From NCBI GenBank assembly GCA_038320275.1, contig JBBQEB010000001.1:19589-83588 (forward strand): a stretch of DNA of 64,000 nucleotides, in the 5' to 3' direction. The translations under genes and the position numbers were made by a program. Below the pieces are notes generated by a model that worked only from the letters and a program-made list of their open reading frames with translations, was not told where the DNA came from and searched no databases. Source of the stretch: Myxococcales bacterium. Its GTDB lineage: Bacteria > Myxococcota > Myxococcia > Myxococcales > Anaeromyxobacteraceae. Shown here piece by piece: positions 9,792 through 19,381 of this stretch; within the stretch, counting starts at the first letter, position 1; every line of letters begins with the position of its first letter.

Positions 9792-10469
9792 TCAGAAGCT
9801 CAAGGGACGCACGATGGCGACGCGCGCCTGCGTCTCGAAGGAGCGCACCGCGCCGTCCGCCATGCCGAGCCCGAGCCGCACCTTCACCCGGGTGGGCAGC
9901 ATGTTGGCGTGATCGACCGAGCTCGAGACCCACTCGCGCGCCCACTCCTGGCGCTTCCAGTCCCAGTACTGCACGTCGAAGGTCTTCACGTGCTCGCAGA
10001 CCACCGACTTCGAGCCCCCGCGGTCGGGGTTCTCGTCGATGCGGGCGCGCTCGCGGCGGAAGAGGGCGTTCTCCCCGGCGTGCTCCGGGTCGGGCTCGAC
10101 CGTGTACTCCACCACCGACTGGTCCGACTCCTTGACGTCGCGCGCCAGGCGGGCGTGGCTCATGGTGGTGAAGAGGAGGTCGTCGCGATCCCCGCCGTCC
10201 TTCCCGCGGAAGACGGTGGGGGGCTCGCGGTAGCGCTTCCGGTCGTAGTGGTCGGACAGGTAGGCCTCCGACAGCTCCCGTGCCATTCGGGAGAGCGCCA
10301 CCCGCGCCGAGGCGAACCGCTCGTCCTGCCCCTCCACCAGCTCGCGCGCGGCGTAGGCGCGCTGGAACGCGCCCAGCACCATTACCCCCAGGATGGCGGT
10401 GATGCCGACGGCGATCATCACCTCGACCAGCGTGAAGCCCCTCGGCGTCGGCGTCTGGCGGCCGCTCAT
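9792..10469 (-). CDS. gspJ: Type II secretion minor pseudopilin GspJ
   Basis: RGFTLVEVMIAVGI prepilin motif; operon order H-I-J-K. Confidence 0.88.
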   Translation of the reverse strand: MSGRQTPTPRGFTLVEVMIAVGITAILGVMVLGAFQRAYAARELVEGQDERFASARVALSRMARELSEAYLSDHYDRKRYREPPTVFRGKDGGDRDDLLFTTMSHARLARDVKESDQSVVEYTVEPDPEHAGENALFRRERARIDENPDRGGSKSVVCEHVKTFDVQYWDWKRQEWAREWVSSSVDHANMLPTRVKVRLGLGMADGAVRSFETQARVAIVRPLSF

Positions 10470-11260
10470 CGCCGGTCTCCGGTGCGAGGCAGGCCAGGGG
10501 TGCCGGTGGCGCTGGGCCGGGAGGTGTCGCCGGCGGCGCTCCCGGCAGTCCCGCCGAGCGCCGATCCCGCCGGCATGCCAGGGATGGCCGCGATGGTCTG
10601 CGGGACCTCGGGGTTGTCGCCGCGCGCTCCGCCCGGCGCCTTGGGGTTGAGCACCAGGAGGTGCGTGGTGACGGTGAAGCCGCGCGGCGTCCGCCCGTCG
10701 GTCCAGGAGACGGTGAGGCGCAGCTCCCGCAGCGACCGCTTCACCGTCTCGCCCAGCACGGTGAGCTGCGTCTGGAGCATCCCGGAGAGCATGCCCGCGA
10801 GCGGGCTCGCGCCGGTGGTGGGACCGCCGGCCGCAGCCCCCGCGGCCGCCGCCGCCGAAGCCCCGGCACCGCCCATCAGCTTGCCCAGCAGTGCCGAGGG
10901 GTCCGCGCCCGCCCCGCCGATCATCGAGACGAGCTGGTCGCCGGTGAGCTGCGGATCGGGCTTCACGAGGTCGGCGCGCCAGCGCACCTCGGCCCGCCCG
11001 GCCTCCGCGAAGTCGCCCTCCTCGGTCTCGTCCTGATCCCGGAAGCCCTGGTCGTCGTACTTCTGCTCCAGCTCGGCGAGCTTCCCGCGGGCGAGCAGCG
11101 TCGCGCTGGAGAGGTCGCGCGCGTAGACGTGGTTCCGGATGGCGTTGCCGAGCAGGTCGGAGAGCGCCATCAGCGCCGCCGCGAGGAGCGCGAGCGCGAC
11201 CATGACCTCGAGGAGCGTGAAGCCCCTCGCCCCGCCCCGGGAGTGCCCCCACGCGCTCAC
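10466..11260 (-). CDS. gspI: Type II secretion minor pseudopilin GspI
   Basis: GTG start overlapping gspH stop; RGFTLLEVMVALALL prepilin motif. Confidence 0.85.
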   Translation of the reverse strand: MSAWGHSRGGARGFTLLEVMVALALLAAALMALSDLLGNAIRNHVYARDLSSATLLARGKLAELEQKYDDQGFRDQDETEEGDFAEAGRAEVRWRADLVKPDPQLTGDQLVSMIGGAGADPSALLGKLMGGAGASAAAAAGAAAGGPTTGASPLAGMLSGMLQTQLTVLGETVKRSLRELRLTVSWTDGRTPRGFTVTTHLLVLNPKAPGGARGDNPEVPQTIAAIPGMPAGSALGGTAGSAAGDTSRPSATGTPGLPRTGDRR

Positions 11261-11886
11261 GTGCGGGGGACCTCCGGCTTGCCCGTCACCACCCGCGCCC
11301 GCCCCGTGAAGGCCTGCGTGACGACCGAGTAGACGGAGTCGCCATCCACCAGGGGGATGCGGGCCGCCTCCGCCTGCCCGTGCGGGTAGAAATAGACGTA
11401 GGCCATGCCGCGCGAGACCGGCTCCCGCTCGTGCTCGCTCCAGACCTCGGAGAAGTGAGCGCTCCCAGGGAGCGTGCGCTTCCTCGCCAGGCGGTCGTTG
11501 AAGGCGCCGAACTTCGCGCGGGCGAGGAGCTTCCGCTTCTCGGCGTCGCGCTCGTCGGGGAAGCGCTCCTCCAGCGCGGCGTCGTCCTCCTCGCGAGCGG
11601 CGGCGCGATCGCCGCCGCGCGGGACGAACGCCTTGTCCTTGGTGCACTCCGCCCACCAGTCGCGCGCGTCGAGATCGAGCGCCAGGCGGCAGGTGGCGTG
11701 CCGTAGCGCAGCGGTCTCGAAGAGGTAGCGCGCCGCCCCCGCCAGCTCCCCGGCCGCGCCGCGGGCGTTCGCGCCCGTCACCGAGCTCAGCGCCGGTCCG
11801 GTCGCGGCCGCGAGGATGGCCACGATCGCCACCGCGATGAGGAGCTCGATGAGCGTGAAGCCCTGGGGCGTGCGGCTGCGGCGCAT
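11257..11886 (-). CDS. gspH: Type II secretion minor pseudopilin GspH
   Basis: QGFTLIELLIAVAIV prepilin motif; YFYPHG; follows gspG. Confidence 0.85.
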   Translation of the reverse strand: MRRSRTPQGFTLIELLIAVAIVAILAAATGPALSSVTGANARGAAGELAGAARYLFETAALRHATCRLALDLDARDWWAECTKDKAFVPRGGDRAAAREEDDAALEERFPDERDAEKRKLLARAKFGAFNDRLARKRTLPGSAHFSEVWSEHEREPVSRGMAYVYFYPHGQAEAARIPLVDGDSVYSVVTQAFTGRARVVTGKPEVPRT

Positions 11887-11901
11887 GGACGCTTCGGTGC
11901 G

Positions 11902-12402
11902 CTACGGATTCACGATGTCGGCGTTCTCGCCTTCGCCGCCGGGCTTCCCGTCCGCCCCGTAGCTCTTGATGTCGAAGCCGTCGGCGTGGACCTGGCCCGG
12001 CTGGAGGTAGACGTAGTCGTTCTGCCAGGGATCCCTGAGCCCGGCCTTGCACTTGCCGGCCGTGACCACCGCCTGCAGCCCCTCCTCGGTGGACGGATAG
12101 CGCCCCTTGTCCACCTTGTAGAGGTCGAGGCAGTTCTCGATGGTGTGCAGGTCGGTGCGCGCCTGCTTCACCTTGGCCTCGGTGAGGTTGTTGATGACGT
12201 TCACCGCGACCGCGGCGGCGATGAGCCCGAGGATGGTGATGACCACCATGATCTCGATGAGGGTCATGCCTCTTTGAGACGATTCCGCGAGATCCCGCTT
12301 TCGACCTGGGGCCGGTGCGGCCCCAGACCCCGGCAGCGTCATCCCTCGTTCGGCGGACGCCGCCAGCTTCCGCTTTCCTTCCATCAGATTCGAGCGCTCC
12401 AT
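11902..12402 (-). CDS. gspG: Type II secretion major pseudopilin GspG
   Basis: RGMTLIEIMVVITILG, LDLYKVDKGRYPSTEEGLQA, DPWQNDYVY, SYGADGKPGGEGENADI; alternative start at 12384. Confidence 0.95.
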   Translation of the reverse strand: MERSNLMEGKRKLAASAERGMTLPGSGAAPAPGRKRDLAESSQRGMTLIEIMVVITILGLIAAAVAVNVINNLTEAKVKQARTDLHTIENCLDLYKVDKGRYPSTEEGLQAVVTAGKCKAGLRDPWQNDYVYLQPGQVHADGFDIKSYGADGKPGGEGENADIVNP

Positions 12403-13635
12403 CTACATGCCTCCTGCGAGATTGTTCACCTGAAGGATCGGCATCAGGATCGAGAAGACGATGAACGCCACGATGATGCCCATCCCGACGATCATGAGCG
12501 GCTCGAGGAGCGAGGTGAGCGCGCCGATCTTCGTCTCGACCTGCGAGTCGTAGGCGTTCGCCACGTTGGTCAGCATCTCCTCCAGCTGTCCCGACCGCTC
12601 GCCGATGGCCACCATGTGGTAGACGAGCGGCGGGAACTCGCCCGAGCGCTTCAGCGGCGCCGCGATGCTCTCGCCCTCCTGGATGGCCTGCCGGGACTCC
12701 TCGATCACCGTCGACAGCCGGACGTTGCCGACGATGTTCTTCACGATGTCGAGCGACACCAGGAGCGGGACGCCGCTCTTGAGGAGCGTGGAGAGCGTCC
12801 GGCTGAAGCGCGCGATGGCGATCTGCCGGACCAGGTTGCCGAAGAGCGGCGCCGTCAGCACCCAGCGGTCCCACGCCGCGCGGCCCGGCGGCGTCTCGCG
12901 CCAGCGCAGGAAGAGCGCCACGCCTCCGCCGGAGAGCAGGAGGAACACCCACCAGAAGTCGTGCACCGCGGTGGAGAAGGCGATGAGGCTGCGCGTGGTC
13001 CAGGGCAGCGCCACCTTGGTGTCGGTGAAGATCTTCGTGATCTTCGGGATCACCACCGTGAACAGGATCCCCATGATGAGCGTCCCGATGCCCAGCATGG
13101 CGGCCGGGTAGGTGAGGGTGCCGATCACCTTGGAGCGCAGCCGCGCCTGCGACTCGGTGAAGTCGGCGAGCCGCACCAGCACGATCTCGAGCGCACCGGA
13201 CGACTCGCCGGCGCGGATCATGTTCACGTAGAGTGGGGTGAAGACCTTGACCTGAGCGGCCATGGCGTCGGCGAGCGAGGAGCCCTCGTTCACCCGCTGG
13301 CGCACGTCGGACACGACGCGCTTCATCCGCTCGTGCTCCACCTGGTCGACGAGCGCCGAGAGCGCCTCGACGAGCGGCACGCCGGCGCCGACCAGTACCG
13401 CGAGCTGGCGGGTGGTGATGGCGATGTCGTCGGCGCTGATGCGCCCCCCGAGCCACTTGCGCACCGAGACGTCGCGCCGCGCGGCCGCGGCCGCCTCGCG
13501 CTGTCCCAGCACCTCGGTGAGGAAGATGTCGTCGCGCCGCAGGACCTGGCGCAGCGTCTTGGGCGAGTCGGCCTCCTTGAGGCCGCCCACCGGCTTCCCG
13601 CGCGCGTCGAGCGCCTTGTACTCGAAGACCGGCAT
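12403..13635 (-). CDS. gspF: Type II secretion inner membrane platform protein GspF
   Basis: TRQLAVLVGAGVPLVEAL, AGESSGALE, IGERSGQLEEML, LLEPLMI. Confidence 0.96.
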   Translation of the reverse strand: MPVFEYKALDARGKPVGGLKEADSPKTLRQVLRRDDIFLTEVLGQREAAAAARRDVSVRKWLGGRISADDIAITTRQLAVLVGAGVPLVEALSALVDQVEHERMKRVVSDVRQRVNEGSSLADAMAAQVKVFTPLYVNMIRAGESSGALEIVLVRLADFTESQARLRSKVIGTLTYPAAMLGIGTLIMGILFTVVIPKITKIFTDTKVALPWTTRSLIAFSTAVHDFWWVFLLLSGGGVALFLRWRETPPGRAAWDRWVLTAPLFGNLVRQIAIARFSRTLSTLLKSGVPLLVSLDIVKNIVGNVRLSTVIEESRQAIQEGESIAAPLKRSGEFPPLVYHMVAIGERSGQLEEMLTNVANAYDSQVETKIGALTSLLEPLMIVGMGIIVAFIVFSILMPILQVNNLAGGM

Positions 13636-13639
13636 CGGC

Positions 13640-15433
13640 TCAGTGGATGTCCTCGGCCGTGACCGACAGCACCTCGGCGGCGGTGGTGATGCCGCGCGCC
13701 ACCTTGGAGGCGCCGTGCTCGAGGAGCGTCTGCATGCCGCGGCCCACCGCCGCCGCCTTGATGGAGCCCGAGTCGACGTTCTTGAGGATGAGCTGCCGGA
13801 CGTCGTCGTCCACCAGCATGAGCTCGTAGATGCCGGTGCGCCCCTGGTAGCCGGTGTGCTGGCAGGCCGGGCAGCCGCGCGCGCGGTAGAGCAGGGCCGG
13901 GTTGCCGGCGGCGGCGAGGACCTGGGGAGTGATATTGGCCTGGTCCAGCTCCTCCGCGGTGGGCGCGTACCCCTCCTTGCAATGGACGCACAGCACGCGC
14001 ACGAGCCGCTGCGCGAGGACGCCGACCAGGGAGGAGGCGACGAGAAAGGGCTGGACGCCCATGTCGGCGAGGCGGGTCATCGCGCCCGCCGCGTCGTTGG
14101 TGTGGAGCGTGGAGAAGACGAGGTGGCCGGTGAGGGAGGCCTGGATGGCGATCTCCGCGGTCTCGAGGTCGCGGATCTCGCCCACCAGGATGACGTCCGG
14201 GTCCTGGCGCAGGAACGAGCGCAGCCCGCTCGCGAAGGTGAGCTCGATCTTCGGGTTCACCTGGACCTGCCCCACGCCGCCGAGCTGGATCTCGACCGGA
14301 TCCTCGATGGTGAGGATGTTGAGGTTGGGCGAGTTGATCTTGGAGAGCGCCGCGTACAGCGTCGTCGTCTTGCCCGAGCCGGTGGGACCCGTCACGAGCA
14401 CGATGCCGTGCGAGCGCGTGATGAGCGTGTCCATGATCTCGAGCTGCCAGGGCTCGAAGCCGATCGAGGTGAGGTCGAGGATGACGTTCGACTTGTCGAG
14501 GAGGCGCATCACGATGCGCTCGCCGTTCGAGGTCGGCACCGTGGAGAGCCGGATGTCCACGTCCTTGCCGGCGATCTTGATGCGGATGCGGCCGTCCTGC
14601 GGCAGCCGCTTCTCGGCGATGTTGAGCCCGCCCATGATCTTGACGCGGGAGGAGAGCGCCGCCTGGATGCGCTTCGGAGGCCGGATGATCTCGCGCAGCT
14701 CGCCGTCGATGCGGTAGCGGACCGAGAGGTCGCGCTCCTCGGGGTTGATGTGGATGTCGCTGGCGCGCTCCTTCACGGCGCGGAAGAGGAGCGAGTTGAC
14801 GAGGCGGATGATGGGCGCCTCGTCGTCGGCGTCGAGGAGGTCGGTGGGCTCCTGCAGCTCGTGCGCGACCGACTCGAGGTCCTCGGAGCCGAGCCCCTCC
14901 ATGATGCGGTCGTGCTCGTCGGTGGCCCGGTCGTAGACGCGGTTGATGGCATCGAGGATCGCCTGGCCGGGCGCGACCACCGCCTCCACCGGCGTGCCGA
15001 GCAACATGGCGAGGTCGTCGAGCGCGCCGGTGTCGAGCGGGTCGGCCAGCGCCACACGCGTCGCCTCGCCGGAGGGCCCGAGTGGCAGCACCTTGGCGTT
15101 CTTGGCGAAGTTGATGGGCACCCGCTTGGCGAGCTCGGCCGACGCCGCCTCCGCGTCCACCCTCGCGAGGAAGGGAAGGTCCAGCTGGGCGGCCAGCGCG
15201 CGGAGCACCTCCTCCTCGGAGAGCACCTTCGTCCGGACCAGGATCTCGCCCAGGCGAGCTCCCGCGTGCTCCCCCCGCTGCGCGAGCAGCGCCTCGTCCA
15301 GACGCTCGCGGGCGAGCGCGCCGGAGCGGACGAGGATCTCGCCCAGCGGCAGCCCCACGGCAGACGGGGCGTCGCGGTGCGGGAGCGGGGGCGGGGCGGG
15401 GAGCACCGCCAGCACGGGATCGGGCGGGGTCAT
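13640..15433 (-). CDS. gspE: Type II secretion ATPase GspE
   Basis: ASDIHI, AEKRLPQDGRI, Walker A GPTGSGKTT, LRQDPDVILVGEIRD, tetracysteine motif. Confidence 0.97.
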   Translation of the reverse strand: MTPPDPVLAVLPAPPPLPHRDAPSAVGLPLGEILVRSGALARERLDEALLAQRGEHAGARLGEILVRTKVLSEEEVLRALAAQLDLPFLARVDAEAASAELAKRVPINFAKNAKVLPLGPSGEATRVALADPLDTGALDDLAMLLGTPVEAVVAPGQAILDAINRVYDRATDEHDRIMEGLGSEDLESVAHELQEPTDLLDADDEAPIIRLVNSLLFRAVKERASDIHINPEERDLSVRYRIDGELREIIRPPKRIQAALSSRVKIMGGLNIAEKRLPQDGRIRIKIAGKDVDIRLSTVPTSNGERIVMRLLDKSNVILDLTSIGFEPWQLEIMDTLITRSHGIVLVTGPTGSGKTTTLYAALSKINSPNLNILTIEDPVEIQLGGVGQVQVNPKIELTFASGLRSFLRQDPDVILVGEIRDLETAEIAIQASLTGHLVFSTLHTNDAAGAMTRLADMGVQPFLVASSLVGVLAQRLVRVLCVHCKEGYAPTAEELDQANITPQVLAAAGNPALLYRARGCPACQHTGYQGRTGIYELMLVDDDVRQLILKNVDSGSIKAAAVGRGMQTLLEHGASKVARGITTAAEVLSVTAEDIH

Positions 15434-18192
15434 GGGCGAGCGTCCCCCGGCGACGACCCGCGCCCTCCCGGTCCGACCGTCCCCTCGCCGGGCGAGCCCG
15501 GGCCGCCGTTCTCCAGCTTCTGCGACTCGGCCTCGATCTCCTTGCGCACCTTGGTGTAGGGGCCGGTCTTGCGCGTGTAGTCGATGGCCACCTTGTAGCC
15601 TGGCTGCTTGCCGTAGAACTGGTCGACGAAGTCCTGCTGCTCCTTGCGCTTCCGCTCCAGGATGCGGCGGTAGTCCGACTGGTCGCGGATGATGTACGGC
15701 GTCAGGAAGAGGAGCAGGTTCGTCTTCGTCTTGGTGGTGTCGGTGTCGCGGAAGAGCCAGCCCAGCACCGGGATGTCGCCCAGGAGCGGCAGCTTGTGGA
15801 CGCTCTGGATGGTGCGCTCCTGGATGAGGCCACCGATGACGATGGTGCCCTGATCCTTCACCGAGATGTTCGTCTTCACGCTGCGCTTCGAGGTGGTGGG
15901 GCCGAGCACCGGGTCCTTGCTCGCGATCTCCTCCGTCTGTTCGTCGATCTGCAGCCGGACGTTGTCACCCTCGGTGATCTGCGGCTTGATCTTGAGACGC
16001 AGCTCCACGTTCTGGCGCTGGATGGGCGCGATGACCGAGCCGAGCCCTCCCAGGCCCAGGAGCGAGCCCACGCCGGTGGCCCCGGCGGCGCCGCTGCTCC
16101 CGGCGAGCCCGGCCAGGTTGCCGAGGCCGCCCGACACCACGCCCGCCTGGAACGGGACGTTCTGCCCGACCGTGATCTCGGCGTCCTCATTGTCCGACGC
16201 GAGCACGTGCGGGGTGGAGATGACGTTCACGTCGGAGCTCGTTTGCAGCGCCTGCAGCAGCACCGCCATGCTGGGGATACCCGGAAGCACGGCGCTGAGC
16301 TGCGTCGACGCCGGGCCGACGAGGCCGGTGAGGAAGCCGCCCAGGGAGATGAGGCTGAGCGGGGAGAAGGAGCTCACGCGCCCGGGCTCGGAGGCGAGCG
16401 GGATGAAGCCCGTCCCGTCCGAGGTCTTGTACGGGATGGCGGCGTGCGCCCCTACCCCGAGCTGCGTCTCGTCGGTGAGGTTCACCTCCATGATCACCGC
16501 CTCGACGAACACCTGCCGCCGCGGCCGGTCGAGCTTGTCGATGAGCCGCTGGACGCTCGCGAAGTCGGAGCCGCTCGCGAGGACGATGAGGGCGTTCGCC
16601 ACCTTGTCGGCGGTGATCTTCACCTCGCCGGAGAAGAGCGTGGCGGTGGTCCCCCCGCCCGGCGCCGCGGCAGGCTGCGCTGCGGGTTGCGGTGGCTGGA
16701 AGTTCCCGAAGCTGGTGGTCGAATGCGCGGGGGTGCTGCCCGTCTGCCCCTGGCGGCGCACCGCCGATTGCCCCTGCGCGAGCGCCTGCAGCGTCTGGGC
16801 GAGGTCTTCCGCCGAGGCGTTCTTCATGAAGACGACGTGGATCTGCCCCTCGCCAGCGGTGGGGACGTCGAGCTGCTCCACCAGATCCTTGATGCGCTGG
16901 AAGCTCTTCTCGTCGGCGATGACCACCAGCTTGTTGGTGCGCTCGTCGGCCATGACCTTGGAGATGGCGAGCAGGTCGTCCACGCCCGCTCCGAACGCAG
17001 GAGCTCCGCCCGGCTGAGGCACGGGAGCCGGAGCCGCGCCCGCGACACCTCCGATGACCGGCCGCCGGCCACCCTTCTGCGCGGCGGGCCCCGCGGGCTG
17101 CTGGAAGATCTGGTTCACCTTCTCCGCGAGGTCGCGGGCCGAGGCGTAGCGCACCTGGATGAAGCGGATGAGCTCTCCCGAACCAGGTCGATCGATGGCG
17201 TCCAGCATCCGCTCGATGCGCCGCACGTTGAGCCCGATGTCGGTGATGATGAGCACGTCGGGGGGGATGGACTGGATGTCCGCGCCCTGCGGGGACGTGA
17301 AGTTCGACATGATCCCGCGGAGCTGGTCGGAGTCGGCGAAGCGCAGCCGGAAGATCTTCGTCACCGGCTGCTCCAGCGAGGGCGCCTCGCTGCCGTTCTC
17401 GAGCAGCGTCGGGATGGGCAACTTCTTCGCGTCAGCGATGCGGAAGAGCTTCGAGTACCGGCCCGAGGTGTAGATGCCGATGTTGTTCGCGGTGAGCGCC
17501 GCCAGGAAGGCCGCGTAGGCCTCCTCCGCGGTCACCGCGGTCCTGGAGAGGAGCGTGATCTTCCCGCGGGCGATGTCCTCGGTGAACGCGAAGTTCCGGC
17601 AGGTCCAGCGGCTCGCCTGTTCCAGCACGTCCACGATCTCCGCCTTGTTGAAGGCGAGCAGGAGGCGCCCCTGGAGCGGCCTGCAGGCGCCGTCCGCGTG
17701 CGCGCTTCCGCCGGCTGCGCCCGCTGCTGCGTCCGGCGCCGGCGTCACGACCGCCGTTCCGCTGCCGCGAGCGCCGCTGGTGGGGGCCGCCGCGGGGGGC
17801 GTCGCCGCGCTCGGGCCGCGCGCGCGGTCGCGCAGGGCGTTCGAGCGGAGATCCGCGGGCCCCGCGGAGGAAGGCGGGCCAGGGCGGGACAGGCCCGGGG
17901 GCGGACTGCCCGGCGGCGGCCCTGCCCCGGGTGATCCGGGGCTCACCATCCCCGGAACGGGCGCTGGGCCGGTGGAGCCGGACGGGGCGGCGCCGGGCTG
18001 CGGCCCGGGGCCAGCGCCCCCGGCGGCGGAGGCGGACGGTGGAGCGGGGGCCGTCGTAGGCTGAGCCTGCGCGAGGGTCTGGCCGCCGTCCTCCGGAACC
18101 TGGACCCCTGGACGGGGCCGGCCGGCAGCCGTGACTGCGTCGGGCAGCGCCAGCACGGGGAGCGCGGCGAGCAGGAGCAGGAGCTTTCGCAT
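15430..18192 (-). CDS. gspD: Type II secretion secretin GspD
   Basis: Signal peptide, Pro-rich N-terminus, N0-N3 domains, LDRPRRQVFVEAVIMEV, PLLGDIPVLGWLF, LLLFLTPYII. Confidence 0.96.
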   Translation of the reverse strand: MRKLLLLLAALPVLALPDAVTAAGRPRPGVQVPEDGGQTLAQAQPTTAPAPPSASAAGGAGPGPQPGAAPSGSTGPAPVPGMVSPGSPGAGPPPGSPPPGLSRPGPPSSAGPADLRSNALRDRARGPSAATPPAAAPTSGARGSGTAVVTPAPDAAAGAAGGSAHADGACRPLQGRLLLAFNKAEIVDVLEQASRWTCRNFAFTEDIARGKITLLSRTAVTAEEAYAAFLAALTANNIGIYTSGRYSKLFRIADAKKLPIPTLLENGSEAPSLEQPVTKIFRLRFADSDQLRGIMSNFTSPQGADIQSIPPDVLIITDIGLNVRRIERMLDAIDRPGSGELIRFIQVRYASARDLAEKVNQIFQQPAGPAAQKGGRRPVIGGVAGAAPAPVPQPGGAPAFGAGVDDLLAISKVMADERTNKLVVIADEKSFQRIKDLVEQLDVPTAGEGQIHVVFMKNASAEDLAQTLQALAQGQSAVRRQGQTGSTPAHSTTSFGNFQPPQPAAQPAAAPGGGTTATLFSGEVKITADKVANALIVLASGSDFASVQRLIDKLDRPRRQVFVEAVIMEVNLTDETQLGVGAHAAIPYKTSDGTGFIPLASEPGRVSSFSPLSLISLGGFLTGLVGPASTQLSAVLPGIPSMAVLLQALQTSSDVNVISTPHVLASDNEDAEITVGQNVPFQAGVVSGGLGNLAGLAGSSGAAGATGVGSLLGLGGLGSVIAPIQRQNVELRLKIKPQITEGDNVRLQIDEQTEEIASKDPVLGPTTSKRSVKTNISVKDQGTIVIGGLIQERTIQSVHKLPLLGDIPVLGWLFRDTDTTKTKTNLLLFLTPYIIRDQSDYRRILERKRKEQQDFVDQFYGKQPGYKVAIDYTRKTGPYTKVRKEIEAESQKLENGGPGSPGEGTVGPGGRGSSPGDARP

Positions 18193-18214
18193 GGGCTGGG
18201 GTTCGCGGGGCCCG

Positions 18215-19192
18215 TCAGGATCCCGTGACGTTGTACTCCTTGCGGACGATCTGGCCGTTGCGGTCGATCTCGATGGTGATGTGCGTGGACTCGCGGAGCT
18301 TCTGGTAGATCTCCAGCGCCTTGTCGGGCGAGTTGATCTCGTACCCGTTGATGCGCTGGATGACGTCGCCGTTCTCGATGCCGATGGCCGAGTAGAGCGA
18401 GCCGGGCTGGATGGAGAAGAGCTTGAACCCGTTCGCAGCCCCGTTCTTGAACGAGGGCACGAGCCGCGCCTGCGTCGCCACGGCGTTGAGGTTCGTGAGG
18501 GTGTTGTCGATGTAGCTCTTCTTCACGTCGTAACGGTTGTCGGAGACCTTCTTCACGCCGTCGGCCGGGGCGCCTCCCGCGGCGCCGTTCCCATCGTCGG
18601 GGACGTGCGCCACCGCGCCCGCGGCGGGAGGTGACGCGCCGGCTCCAGGCTCGAAATCGAGGTATTCCTTGCGCCCATCGTTGCAGACGATGGCGGCCAC
18701 CTTGACGGTGCTCCCGTCGCCTCGGTCGTCGCGCAGCCGCTCCACCGACAACAGCGAGGTGCCCATCACCGCGTCGCCCACGCCGTACACGTGCGCCTCG
18801 CGCGTACCGAGGTCGATGATGGTGGCCATCGAGTCCCGCGGAGGCGTCGCCAGCACGGCTGCCACGAGCTGAGCGTGGAGCCCGGACTTCACCGGAGCAG
18901 CATCGGAGGCCCAGCAGTTCTGGGCGCTCTGCGGCCGTCCGGCCTGCTGCTCCTCGACGGGCGCCGCGGGCGGCTTCAATCCCACCAGCGCGTAGAGCCG
19001 CGCAGGGTCGAGCTGCGGCGGACCGGCGGGGCGGGGCGGGGCGGCCGGCAGCGAGGCGAGATCCACCGAAGGCTTGGGCCGGATCAGCGACGCCGCCAGC
19101 GTGTTCACCGTGCGTGCCGAGAGCCAGGCCGCCGCGAAGAGGAGGGCCAGGTTGGCGGTCCAGGCGTATTTCTTGAAAAAAGTGTCGAGCAT
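18215..19192 (-). CDS. gspC: Type II secretion system protein GspC (C-terminal PDZ domain)
   Basis: N-terminal TM, C-terminal PDZ (GFKLFSIQPGSLYSAIGIENGDVIQRING); first gene of operon. Confidence 0.92.
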   Translation of the reverse strand: MLDTFFKKYAWTANLALLFAAAWLSARTVNTLAASLIRPKPSVDLASLPAAPPRPAGPPQLDPARLYALVGLKPPAAPVEEQQAGRPQSAQNCWASDAAPVKSGLHAQLVAAVLATPPRDSMATIIDLGTREAHVYGVGDAVMGTSLLSVERLRDDRGDGSTVKVAAIVCNDGRKEYLDFEPGAGASPPAAGAVAHVPDDGNGAAGGAPADGVKKVSDNRYDVKKSYIDNTLTNLNAVATQARLVPSFKNGAANGFKLFSIQPGSLYSAIGIENGDVIQRINGYEINSPDKALEIYQKLRESTHITIEIDRNGQIVRKEYNVTGS

Positions 19193-19214
19193 GGGCTGCG
19201 CGGGGGCACCTTAC

Positions 19215-19230
19215 AGCAAAGGGCGTGCCC
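19215..19230 (-). promoter_or_regulatory. Sigma-54 (-24/-12) promoter of gsp operon
   Basis: Minus strand GGGCACG-CCCT-TTGCT versus consensus TGGCACG-N4-TTGCW, 22 bp upstream of gspC ATG. Confidence 0.75.
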
Positions 19231-19303
19231 GGCCGCGGCTGGCCTCAGGCTCGCCTGGAAAGCACTCCGCAGCCCGTTCCCACGCGCTGGCGAGGATGTG
19301 AGC

Positions 19304-19357
19304 TGACAATTTGGCAATCGGGGCGCCTTCCACCCCGCCGCGACCGCCAAATTGTCA
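19304..19357. promoter_or_regulatory. Putative upstream activator (enhancer) sites
   Basis: Perfect 12-bp inverted repeat TGACAATTTGGC (19304-19315) / GCCAAATTGTCA (19346-19357), AT-rich in a GC-rich context, about 100-150 bp upstream of the predicted sigma-54 start. Confidence 0.6.
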
Positions 19358-19381
19358 CGCGGATGGCGACCCCGCCACCTT

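Noticed and set aside
10466..13456. 996-aa ORF ending in GspI
   Set aside because: Only the last 264 aa, from GTG 11260 with the prepilin motif, are credible; the rest overlaps gspF/G/H out of frame
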